Shown one piece after another: positions 33,803-42,861 of a DNA stretch of 64,000 nt. The stretch is from the sequence record PV730302.1. One strand, 5' to 3'. Made by a program: the position numbers and the translations under genes. The notes below the pieces were generated by a model, which worked only from the letters and a program-made list of their open reading frames with translations, made no database searches and was not told the origin of the DNA. Numbering within the stretch: position 1 is the first letter of the stretch; each line of letters starts with the position of its first letter. Source of the stretch: a phage.

Positions 33803-34283
33803 TAAAGAGATTTCTATTCCTAAATTGGGTCTTAAACACCAGAAATTGGTTAAAGATGAAAAAGACCCTTACAAGGCTCTTCACATATTAATGAATTCCA
33901 TTTATAAAGATTTATCCGCGGCAGAGACTGATTTTGCCGCTCTTCACCTTTTAGAATTCAATGGAAGATTAAAAAGTAAAGTAACCAAAGACGGGTTTAC
34001 TTATAACTTAAATGACCTTTATATTTGCCAACGACTTGAATTCCAATTCCAAGGTAAAACATTTAAATTTAAATCACATGAACCATTTCAAACATTTGGG
34101 CCTGTTGATAGTGTATTACAGTCCCTTTACCTTGGTGATGATGTACCAGATTTTCTGGATATGCCTGCCTTTGTTGCTACATGGGCCGACGATATAACTT
34201 CTACTATAGCTATCCCTGGTCCTAATGGTCCTATCAAAGGATTGCTTAAAATCATGGATATCTTAAATGAAGAACGAATCTAA
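33756..34283 (+). CDS. gp28: Baseplate hub distal subunit gp28
   Basis: Start at internal ATG ([28 protein letters not shown]); about 175 aa; overlaps gp27 3' end. Confidence 0.75.
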   Translation: MNLKLILPIKKITLGDKEISIPKLGLKHQKLVKDEKDPYKALHILMNSIYKDLSAAETDFAALHLLEFNGRLKSKVTKDGFTYNLNDLYICQRLEFQFQGKTFKFKSHEPFQTFGPVDSVLQSLYLGDDVPDFLDMPAFVATWADDITSTIAIPGPNGPIKGLLKIMDILNEERI

Positions 34284-36003
34284 TCAGAATAGTTTTCGTC
34301 GCAATAAACTGATTGAAGAAATGGCTCCTCAGCGTCGTGCTGAGGCGCTAGCCCAAACTCAGAACGACGAATTAGGAAATATATCAGATGTTTTATCCGA
34401 TTCCCAGGCGGCGTCTGAATTGCTCTCTGAAGTGGTTGAGACAAAGTCTAATCAGATTATTAGTTCTGTAGACCGAGTAGATAAAAGCGTCCAAGATGTT
34501 GTTGCCGGGACAGAATTAACGGCTGAAGCTATATCAGAACAAACTCAACAATCTAAAGCTCTTTCGGATGCACTAAACGAAAAGATTAATAAGCTTTCTA
34601 ATATGTTAGAGGCTAAATTTTCTGGTATTTCTATTCCACCGGAAGGGAGCTCATTAAAGGTTATTGAAGACTCTATTCCGGAAGAACCTAAGGCCGAAAC
34701 TCCTAAAGTTCCTGCTGTTGTTGAAGATATTCTTCCACCTGAAGATAATAAACCTGACGCTGAATTTATGCCTGAGCCTCCTAAAAATTCAGATGAAGGT
34801 AAAGAAGGTGATAAGACTTCTCTTTCCGAGAAAATAGAAGCCCTTACTAAAATAACTGAAAAGGGATTTAAAGCTTCTATAGGCGTCGCTGATAGAATTT
34901 CAGGCATGCTTTTTAAGTATACCATTACCGCTGCCGCTGAAGCTGCTAAACTCGCCGCAGGTTTAGTCCTTTTAATATTTGGTATAGATGCCATTCGTGT
35001 GTACTTCCAATATTTCATGGACCAATTTGAGGCAGGATGGAAAGAATTTAACGATAAGTTTAAAGAGTGGGGACCATTACTTGAAGGGCTAATGACATGG
35101 GCCAAGAATGCTGAAGCCATGTTTAGTGAAGGGAACTGGTTAGGTCTGGCTGAAGCCATTATTCGTGGTATGGTTAATCTTACTAAAAATATGGCCCAGC
35201 TTTTAATGCTCGGTATTTCTAAGTTGATTTCTGCCATTTTAAGCAAAATACCTGGTATGGGTGAGTTAGCTGAAAACGTGGAGGCTTCCGCTTTAATGTC
35301 GTATCAGCAAAATACAGGAGCCACTTTGGATGATGAAGACCAAACTAAAGTAGCCAAGTACCACGATAGACGTTCTGCCGAGGCTTTAGAAACAGCCGAG
35401 AAAATGAATAAGAAGTATAAGGATAAACCCGAGCTTATAAACCAAGCAGAGAAATACGGTAATCTTACTAAAGAACAAGCTGACCAATTACGTGCAGGTG
35501 GAATTGACACAAGCTTCCGTGACCTCCCTGAAGAAGAACGATTAGAGTATTTCAAGAAGCGGGATAAAGCCCAAGCCGATATTATTCGTTTGACTCAAAC
35601 TGCTGATAATATAATGAAGCCTGATTCTAAAGATATCGAAAATGCTAAAGCATTTAAAGCTGATATCGAGAAACAATTGGCCGACCCTATTATGGCTAAA
35701 GGCGGAGCACCGAAGGACCTTAATATCCAGCAATTACTTGATAAGATGAATAAATCTTTAGAGAAATTTAATGAAGCTGAAAAGCCTAAACCTGCTTCTG
35801 TAGCGGAATCTCCTGAAAATACCCAGGTTAAAAAGGTGGATGAGCAAATGAGAGCAAAGGAAAATGCTAAATATAGTCAGCAGGCTCCAACTCAAATAAA
35901 TCAGCAAACGAATATCAAGAAAACGAGTAAGACTAGTTATAATTTACCTCCACAGTCCTCTACTCCTGCTCCTGGTATGCGTCAAGCTACTAAAGTTAAT
36001 TAG
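34267..36003 (+). CDS. gp29: Baseplate hub / tail length determinator gp29
   Basis: 578 aa, extended helical protein; synteny. Confidence 0.85.
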   Translation: MKNESNQNSFRRNKLIEEMAPQRRAEALAQTQNDELGNISDVLSDSQAASELLSEVVETKSNQIISSVDRVDKSVQDVVAGTELTAEAISEQTQQSKALSDALNEKINKLSNMLEAKFSGISIPPEGSSLKVIEDSIPEEPKAETPKVPAVVEDILPPEDNKPDAEFMPEPPKNSDEGKEGDKTSLSEKIEALTKITEKGFKASIGVADRISGMLFKYTITAAAEAAKLAAGLVLLIFGIDAIRVYFQYFMDQFEAGWKEFNDKFKEWGPLLEGLMTWAKNAEAMFSEGNWLGLAEAIIRGMVNLTKNMAQLLMLGISKLISAILSKIPGMGELAENVEASALMSYQQNTGATLDDEDQTKVAKYHDRRSAEALETAEKMNKKYKDKPELINQAEKYGNLTKEQADQLRAGGIDTSFRDLPEEERLEYFKKRDKAQADIIRLTQTADNIMKPDSKDIENAKAFKADIEKQLADPIMAKGGAPKDLNIQQLLDKMNKSLEKFNEAEKPKPASVAESPENTQVKKVDEQMRAKENAKYSQQAPTQINQQTNIKKTSKTSYNLPPQSSTPAPGMRQATKVN

Positions 36004-36011
36004 GATTAATA

Positions 36012-37100
36012 ATGAAAGCAAAAGAAATTGACATTAATGTAGCCTCCTTGTTTAAAGGAGGCTCAAAGACCTCCGCCGGCCAGTCTAAAGCTAAACCGGC
36101 CCAAACTACAGTAATGGCCCAATACCCGGCAGAAAGGGTCTCCGGTAATGATACCTCCACAGATATGGTGTTAAGCGATTTATATAAAAACGGCTTACTT
36201 TTTACAGCGTATAATTTTAGCTCTCGTGTATCACCTGATTTGCGTAATGACCGATCAAGTCAAATGTCTAAAAAGTTTTCAAAAGCTGCTAGTAAGCTTA
36301 CCGGCAATACCGGAGGATTCAGCGCGGTTAAAAACTTGTTCAGTAATAACTCTAAGGGAGTTAAATTTGACAACCAAGCTTTGGCGAATATTTTACTCCC
36401 ACGTTCTAAATCTGACGTAGATTCGGTGTCGCATAAATTTAATGATGTCGGTGAATCATTAATTACTAAAGGCGGAGGTACTGCTACAGGTATTTTAAGT
36501 AACGTTGCAAGTACTGCAGTATTTGGTGCGTTGGAATCTGTGACTAATGGCGTAATGGCCGATTCAGGCGAGCAGATATACACCACAGCCCGTAGTATGT
36601 ATGCAGGGCCTGATAACCGTACTAAGGTATTCACTTGGGAAATGACTCCACGAAACGCCCAAGACCTTATCCAGATTATTAAAATATACGAAATCTTTAA
36701 TTACTATTCTTATGGTGAAACCGGCAACTCAGCCTTCGCTGGTGAATTAAAAGAGAAGATTGATACCTGGTATCGTTCTACGTTTAAAAAAGAAGCTATT
36801 GACAAGTTTGACGGTAAGCTATTAGGGGAAAGTATTACAAGCTTCCTTTCTAATGTTATTGTGGTAAGTAATCCGACCATTTGGTATATCCGAAACTTTG
36901 GTGATAGCAGTTCATATGATGGTCGTGAAGATATTTTTGGTCCATGCCAAATCCAGAGTATCCGTTTTGATAAAACTCCGGACGGCCATTTTAACGGATT
37001 GGCTATTGCTCCTAACTTACCATCTACGTTTAGTTTAGAAGTTACTTTCCGTGAAATCATTACTTTGAACCGTGGCTCACTTTATACGGAAGGATTCTAA
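36012..37100 (+). CDS. gp48: Baseplate-tail tube junction protein gp48
   Basis: 362 aa; synteny and size. Confidence 0.88.
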   Translation: MKAKEIDINVASLFKGGSKTSAGQSKAKPAQTTVMAQYPAERVSGNDTSTDMVLSDLYKNGLLFTAYNFSSRVSPDLRNDRSSQMSKKFSKAASKLTGNTGGFSAVKNLFSNNSKGVKFDNQALANILLPRSKSDVDSVSHKFNDVGESLITKGGGTATGILSNVASTAVFGALESVTNGVMADSGEQIYTTARSMYAGPDNRTKVFTWEMTPRNAQDLIQIIKIYEIFNYYSYGETGNSAFAGELKEKIDTWYRSTFKKEAIDKFDGKLLGESITSFLSNVIVVSNPTIWYIRNFGDSSSYDGREDIFGPCQIQSIRFDKTPDGHFNGLAIAPNLPSTFSLEVTFREIITLNRGSLYTEGF

Positions 37101-38029
37101 TGTATACTTTACAAGAATTTCAGAACCAGGCAATTAATATTGACCTACAGAGGAATAACCTGTTTAGTGTAGTATTTGCAACGGTTCCTTCTTCTAAATC
37201 TCAAGCGCTCCTCGACCAGTTCGGTGGAGCTTTATTTAACAATATCCCATTGAATAGCGATTTGTTTGGTATTACACAAGGAGAGTTGACCCAAGGTGTT
37301 ACGACATTAGTGACAGCGGGCACTCAGAAGTTGATTCGTAAGTCAGGCATAAGTAAATATTTGATTGGAGCTATGTCATCCAGGGTTGTGCAGAGCTTAC
37401 TAGGAGAGTTTGAAGTAGGTACATATCTGATGGATTTTTTCAATATGGCCTATCCTACGGCAGGTCTTTTAGTCCACGCCGTTAAAATCCCGGATAATAC
37501 TTTGAACTATGAAATGGATTTGAACCACAACTCACCTAACATCAAAATTACCGGAAGAGAATATTCTCCATTAGTATTAAGCTTCCGTATGGATTCTGAA
37601 GCTGCTAACTACCGTGCTTTTAATGATTGGGTCAATAGTGTTCAAGACCCTATTACACAATTAAGAGCATTACCGGAGGATGTTGAAGCTGACATTCAAG
37701 TCAACCTTCATTCCCGTAATGGATTACCACATACGGTAGTAATGCTTAATGGTTGCGTTCCAATGAGCGTATCTTCCCCGGAATTATCTTACGACGGTGA
37801 TAACCAAATTGCTTCATTTGATGTTACATTTGCTTATAGAAGTGTACAGACTGGTGCAGTTGGCAAACAAGCTGCTTATGAATGGTTAGAAGATAAAGTC
37901 CTTAAAGGCGTGGCGGGTATAAGTGAGAGCAATTCCCTGAGTTCTTCAGTAGCTAAATTAAGCCGACTTTCAGGAGCTTCTAGTGGATTAACAGGATTGG
38001 TTAATAGTGGAATATCGAGGTTGTTATAA
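37100..38029 (+). CDS. gp54: Baseplate-tail tube initiator gp54
   Basis: 309 aa; synteny; followed by palindromic bidirectional terminator. Confidence 0.88.
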   Translation: MYTLQEFQNQAINIDLQRNNLFSVVFATVPSSKSQALLDQFGGALFNNIPLNSDLFGITQGELTQGVTTLVTAGTQKLIRKSGISKYLIGAMSSRVVQSLLGEFEVGTYLMDFFNMAYPTAGLLVHAVKIPDNTLNYEMDLNHNSPNIKITGREYSPLVLSFRMDSEAANYRAFNDWVNSVQDPITQLRALPEDVEADIQVNLHSRNGLPHTVVMLNGCVPMSVSSPELSYDGDNQIASFDVTFAYRSVQTGAVGKQAAYEWLEDKVLKGVAGISESNSLSSSVAKLSRLSGASSGLTGLVNSGISRLL

Positions 38030-38050
38030 CAAAAAAGGAGAGCATATGCT
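38021..38050. terminator. Bidirectional terminator between convergent gp54 and ORF 38064..38354
   Basis: Perfect 18-nt palindrome GGAGAGCATATGCTCTCC flanked by A6 and T-rich sequence. Confidence 0.65.
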
Positions 38051-38063
38051 CTCCTTTAGGGGT

Positions 38064-38354
38064 TTATTTACGGAACGAAATGAAACCTGCTGTGGTCATT
38101 AGTGGTTGCTTTTTAACAAACACCGTAACCGAAATAGGAGCTTCGGATTCGAGTTGTCCTGTCACTACACCGTTAAAAATGTTTTCGGTTTGTTCTGGAT
38201 AAGAAAAATTCTCAACAGGTCGGATATCAAACTGTTTGTCTTCACCGAAAACTCGACGTAATTCATTACCCACTGCACTGTCAAACTCTTCAGAAGCAGG
38301 GATAACGTTTTCAACTACCAGTTCTTGACCATTAAAACGGAATGTAGATTTCAT
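38064..38354 (-). CDS. Hypothetical early protein (96 aa)
   Basis: AGGAG RBS 7 nt upstream of ATG; GTTTAC-N17-TACTAT promoter at 38380-38412; terminator downstream. Confidence 0.6.
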   Translation of the reverse strand: MKSTFRFNGQELVVENVIPASEEFDSAVGNELRRVFGEDKQFDIRPVENFSYPEQTENIFNGVVTGQLESEAPISVTVFVKKQPLMTTAGFISFRK

Positions 38355-38379
38355 AATGTTCTCCTCATGTTTGTGTAAG

Positions 38380-38412
38380 GTAATAGTACCACATCCTTGT
38401 GGTAATGTAAAC
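38380..38412 (-). promoter_or_regulatory. T4 early-type promoter GTTTAC-N17-TACTAT
   Basis: Upstream of ORF 38064..38354; -35 element overlaps alt paralog 1 stop codon. Confidence 0.5.
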
Positions 38413-40538
38413 TACATTTTGAATTTATTTGATAAAGAAGAGATATCCAAAGATGCAGCAAGGATTTCCATAGCCTCGTTACTTTCAGAAATGGATTCAC
38501 TAACCAAGAACTGTTTAAAGCCGTCCATCAGGCGAACTTCACCAGTTTCCATCAAATGGTCACCATCGTAAACAGATTCACTGAGCTCTGAAGGAGGTGT
38601 TACGGTAGCTTCCATAAGGTATTTGTGAGATACTCTATCATTCATGGCAAAAGCCGCTACTTTATCAACCTTCAACAATAATCCACGCGGAAGGATAATT
38701 TCTGCTTCTTCGGCATATTCTGTAAGGTCACCAGGAGCGATAACTTTAACTGCTTCAGCACCTCGAATAACCATACCAATTTCAGCAATTCTATCCGCAG
38801 GACCTTCAGGTGCAATTGGATTACCGAACTCGTCTTCTTCCCATTCTACCTCTTCGTCATCGACTTCACCCACATCAGATGAACTACCGCTAGCCAATTT
38901 AAACAACTCATCAGCGGAGGATAAAGAACCTTCGCCGCCAACAAAAACGGCTTGGTTGTCGAGGGCCATATAATTTTTACCAAATTCACCAAAGATGTTA
39001 GGCTTTAATGAGGCTGACACAAAGTTCTTAAAGTAAAATGTTTTGTTATCGATATTATGGCGCAGAATTTTGTATGGCAAATCCTGACCACGATACAAAA
39101 TAGTACCCTTAGGAAGTTTAATACCCTTAGTAAATGCTGAGTCTAAATCCTTAATCAATTTAATAGCCGTTGTATTGTTTTCGGATTCAGGTTTACCTAA
39201 AAGGAATAAGTTCATAGGAGCATATTCAGCTGCGCAATATTCAATAATAGCATTGCTTTCGTCTTTGGTTAGGTCCTTAGGTTTAATGAGCTCGCCTGAA
39301 TAAGCATATGCATCACTAATAGAATCGTTAACCAGTTTATAAACGGCTTCCATAGCGAAAGCAATTCGAGAGGCCTTTTCTGAAGGAGAACCCTTAAAAC
39401 GAGCACTCAAGTTATTAACAATTTTCTTAATAATATCCAGACTATTGGTTGTATTGATTTGCGAAAGACCACTTAAAAGTCTATCGACTTCTGTATTAAA
39501 AAATGCCATATTATTAGAGTAAATTTCAAACCCTTGTTTATCTCTATTAGCATAATTTAGTTTAAATTTACTATCAGTCATTAAAGCGTGCGTGAGGGCA
39601 ATAGTGTATCTAAAGTTGGCAAGGTCCTCGCTCTTAGATTTAAACTGAGAAGCCTGGCGCATTTTAGTAATAGCACCTTTTTTAAAGTTCTGACTAATCT
39701 GTTCAATACCTTCATTCTCAGGGCCTTCAGCCGTGTGAACCGGTACAGAAGCTTCAAACTCGTTATAAACCTGCAATTCTTTAGGGGACAAAGTTTCAGG
39801 CTCAGCAGTAGAATACTGTGCGGCTGCTGCCATACGACGGGAAATCTTAGTACGGGTAATGACAGCCTTATCAGTACGTTTCTCTTCAACTTGTGCAATA
39901 GATGCCGCTACTGCTTCGACCTTACTTACGGCCTGGCCGGTTTTCTTAGAAACATACACTTCGCCAACTTTAGACTCAACTTTAGTATAAAGATCGGCAT
40001 TAATTTCAGGCATACCCTTGATATCTTCAATATTAGCACCGCGACGTACTAAAAGAACGTAGGTATGTTTTCCGCTGAATTGGAACATGTCGTCAACAAC
40101 TTTAAACTTACCACCGGTACGGGCCATAGCCAAACGAGCTAATACGCGCTGAACGGTAGGGCCTTTACCTTTCATTTTCTTAGTAGGGAAACGGAATAAA
40201 ACCGCGTCCATTTTAAGTTTGTTTATTTGTTCGTATATGGTATCGAAAATGGTGTTCAGTGTACCGAGTGGATCGGTACCCAACCCACCCTTGAGTTCTG
40301 CCGGAGCGCCTTTAGCAGACAAACTCATCAAAATAACATGAACATATTTGTCGCCCGGCTTAACCATTTTAATAGCGTCTCCTTGAGACGCATAAGATAC
40401 CATACGAGCAACCAGATTATCGTTACCTGGGGCTTGGATAGAGAAAATCTGTGGAATACCGGAACCTGGTTTAAGATTTGTTACTGGATAGTTTTTAGCG
40501 GAATCACTATCAAAAACCTCATTTAAATTTTCCATCAT
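38412..40538 (-). CDS. alt: Alt-like ADP-ribosyltransferase, paralog 1 (predicted capsid-packaged)
   Basis: 708 aa; conserved N-terminal half shared with paralog 2; C-terminal R (LYRGQ) / S-x-S (FVSASL) / E (EAEIILPRG) motifs. Confidence 0.85.
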   Translation of the reverse strand: MMENLNEVFDSDSAKNYPVTNLKPGSGIPQIFSIQAPGNDNLVARMVSYASQGDAIKMVKPGDKYVHVILMSLSAKGAPAELKGGLGTDPLGTLNTIFDTIYEQINKLKMDAVLFRFPTKKMKGKGPTVQRVLARLAMARTGGKFKVVDDMFQFSGKHTYVLLVRRGANIEDIKGMPEINADLYTKVESKVGEVYVSKKTGQAVSKVEAVAASIAQVEEKRTDKAVITRTKISRRMAAAAQYSTAEPETLSPKELQVYNEFEASVPVHTAEGPENEGIEQISQNFKKGAITKMRQASQFKSKSEDLANFRYTIALTHALMTDSKFKLNYANRDKQGFEIYSNNMAFFNTEVDRLLSGLSQINTTNSLDIIKKIVNNLSARFKGSPSEKASRIAFAMEAVYKLVNDSISDAYAYSGELIKPKDLTKDESNAIIEYCAAEYAPMNLFLLGKPESENNTTAIKLIKDLDSAFTKGIKLPKGTILYRGQDLPYKILRHNIDNKTFYFKNFVSASLKPNIFGEFGKNYMALDNQAVFVGGEGSLSSADELFKLASGSSSDVGEVDDEEVEWEEDEFGNPIAPEGPADRIAEIGMVIRGAEAVKVIAPGDLTEYAEEAEIILPRGLLLKVDKVAAFAMNDRVSHKYLMEATVTPPSELSESVYDGDHLMETGEVRLMDGFKQFLVSESISESNEAMEILAASLDISSLSNKFKM

Positions 40539-42623
40539 TTACCCTTGGATGAATTTTTCTGGGATGTCATAGAGGTCTATGCATGAAGCCAAAAGAGGCA
40601 ATACATCAAACCGTGTAGATTTAACAAATGAATCAAAAGATACAGGGCTTTCGGAAGTATCGAAGTCATCTTGATATACGACCAACTCGCCGGTTTCCAT
40701 TAGTACGTCACCATCATATACCACAGATTCTTGAAGCTCATCTGTTGTCATAACTTCAGCTTGGATGAGTTTTGTATTACTAGATGTTGTTCCATCATTA
40801 TTAGAAGCATCTGTTATTTTATTAACTTTGACCATTAATCCACGCGGTAGAATAACTTCAGCTTCAGTTGCTATTCCGAGATTTCCTGGATATACGACAT
40901 TAACTTTATGAGCTCCATCAATCGCCCATCCTATTTGAACTTTAACATAATCAGGATTTTCTTTATATGCTCTTATTTCATTAGGATTAATAGTTATTCC
41001 TTCTTCATTTTTATCGACTGTCAATTCATTACGAACTTCCGGTTCTAAAAGACCAATACCTGCGTGCGTAACACCAAAACGTCCAAAAATGATAGGAGTT
41101 AAAGAAGTAGATACAAAATTTCTGAAATAGAACACTTTATTTTTAACTAGTGCTTCGTATATAGGAGCAGTCATACTCTGGGCACGATAAACTGTAATGC
41201 CTTCTGGTATACGGTCACCATTTTCAAAAGCAGAATCCAAATTATTAACTGCGGATTCGATATCTTTTTCGCTCATAACCTCATAGTTCTGAGGATTATA
41301 ACGTCCTAAAAGAAGATTATTTATGTCTGTATATCCTGAACCACAATATTCTCTGATGCCGCGCTTTTGTGATGGGGTATATTTAGAGCCCTCACGAGCA
41401 ATAGTAATATCGACCATAATACCGCCACCCACACCAGCAAAACTATATACACGTTTTTTAATGAACTTGGTCTTGGTGGCTTTCCACTTCGCATCGGTCA
41501 ATTCATTCCAGAGGTCGTCAGGTTGGCCTTTACGAGTTTTGTTATGCCGGGCCAGCCATTCACCTTTGTATTCTTCGAAAACGGTATTAATAGCAGAGGC
41601 ATATTTTTCTAGAGCTTTAACAGATGTCAAAGGTTCGTTTTTGATGGCCGTAAGAATTTTATCTTTAATTTTCTCTTGGATTTCGCCAATACCGTGAAGT
41701 GGGAACAATTTATAGTCGTAATGCAATTCTTCAGCAGTGCCTTCAGCTACTATATTAGCAACCCTATTTTTAGCCGCAGGAGAATTGTTATTAATGACCA
41801 TTTCCTGGGCCTCAGGGATTAATGGAACTGTTGCCGGTTTATTAAAATCCGCTGCAGTAGCTTCATATTTCTTAAACAATTCACTTTCATTACGATAAGA
41901 TTCCAATGATTGGCTTGCTGCAATGGCGCGCCTAGAAATCTTAGTCTTGGTTATAACCATTTTATCAGTGCGACGTTCTTCAACCTTAGCAATACTGCCG
42001 GCAATAGCAGTTTCTTTAGTAACCTGCACACCTTCTTTTTTGGAAATATAAACTTCACCGACATCAGAATCTACCTTAGTATACAATTCAGCATTAATTC
42101 CAGGCATACCTTTGATATCTTCGATATCAGCTTGTTTACGAACTACTAAGATGTAAGTATGTTTACCGGTAAATTGGTACATAGCCGGAACCACTTTAAA
42201 ACGTCCACCGGTTTTCTGTGCTACCAAACGTTGGATAATACGTTGAACGATAGGGCCTTGACCTTTCATTTTCTTGGTAGGAAAACGGAACATCACGGCA
42301 TCCATACGAAGCTTTTTAACTTGGTCATAAACCACATCAAAAATAGTATTAATCGCATCTACAGGAGTAGGGCCAAGGCCACCTTTAAGTTCGGCTGGAG
42401 TACCTTTAGCTGAAAGGCTCATAAGGATAACGTGGGCATATTTATCACCCATTTTAACTTGTTTAATAGCATCACCTTCAGAAGCGTAGGATACCATACG
42501 AGCAACTAATTGGGATTCTGCGTCGCCGATCTTCCAAATCTGGGGTACTTTAAGTTTAGGGTTCAAGTTTACTGTAGGCAGTGTGCCTTCGGACTCAAAC
42601 ACTTCATTTAATTGTTCGGTCAT
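40539..42623 (-). CDS. Alt-like ADP-ribosyltransferase, paralog 2
   Basis: 694 aa; N-terminal region near-identical in places to paralog 1 (MVSYASEGDAIKQVKMGDKYAHVILMSLSAKG); C-terminal YRAQ / FVSTSL / EAEVILPRG motifs. Confidence 0.85.
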   Translation of the reverse strand: MTEQLNEVFESEGTLPTVNLNPKLKVPQIWKIGDAESQLVARMVSYASEGDAIKQVKMGDKYAHVILMSLSAKGTPAELKGGLGPTPVDAINTIFDVVYDQVKKLRMDAVMFRFPTKKMKGQGPIVQRIIQRLVAQKTGGRFKVVPAMYQFTGKHTYILVVRKQADIEDIKGMPGINAELYTKVDSDVGEVYISKKEGVQVTKETAIAGSIAKVEERRTDKMVITKTKISRRAIAASQSLESYRNESELFKKYEATAADFNKPATVPLIPEAQEMVINNNSPAAKNRVANIVAEGTAEELHYDYKLFPLHGIGEIQEKIKDKILTAIKNEPLTSVKALEKYASAINTVFEEYKGEWLARHNKTRKGQPDDLWNELTDAKWKATKTKFIKKRVYSFAGVGGGIMVDITIAREGSKYTPSQKRGIREYCGSGYTDINNLLLGRYNPQNYEVMSEKDIESAVNNLDSAFENGDRIPEGITVYRAQSMTAPIYEALVKNKVFYFRNFVSTSLTPIIFGRFGVTHAGIGLLEPEVRNELTVDKNEEGITINPNEIRAYKENPDYVKVQIGWAIDGAHKVNVVYPGNLGIATEAEVILPRGLMVKVNKITDASNNDGTTSSNTKLIQAEVMTTDELQESVVYDGDVLMETGELVVYQDDFDTSESPVSFDSFVKSTRFDVLPLLASCIDLYDIPEKFIQG

Positions 42624-42658
42624 AATAATTCCTCTTTAATAACCTTATTTATGCCAGA

Positions 42659-42674
42659 AAAGGCCCTAAGGCCT
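42659..42674 (-). terminator. Hairpin AAGGCC-ctaa-GGCCTT downstream of ORF 42678..42860
   Basis: GC hairpin followed on minus strand by TTTTCT. Confidence 0.45.
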
Positions 42675-42677
42675 TTA

Positions 42678-42860
42678 TTAAAGTACTAACAGCGTACGGT
42701 ACACTTCAAATTTAGGACCCTTTTCATAGCGGTCGAAATTATCTTTAAAATCGGCGAACGCGATTTCATTTTCAAATTCAAGGACAATTTGGGACACTGC
42801 AGTGGAGACATCCCCACCTTCTTTATATCCAATAACCACGGTTTCTAAATAAGCTTTCAT
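42678..42860 (-). CDS. Hypothetical small protein
   Basis: ORF 42678..42902 with start moved to internal ATG next to the gp30 stop; terminator hairpin downstream at 42659-42674. Confidence 0.4.
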   Translation of the reverse strand: MKAYLETVVIGYKEGGDVSTAVSQIVLEFENEIAFADFKDNFDRYEKGPKFEVYRTLLVL

Positions 42861-42861
42861 A

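Noticed and set aside
34545-35246. 233-aa ORF antisense to gp29
   Set aside because: Contained within gp29 coding sequence on the opposite strand, Ser/Ala-rich low complexity; artifact.
39588-42413. Several 80-150 aa plus-strand ORFs inside the two Alt genes
   Set aside because: All lie inside the long conserved minus-strand Alt reading frames and lack RBS or promoter context.
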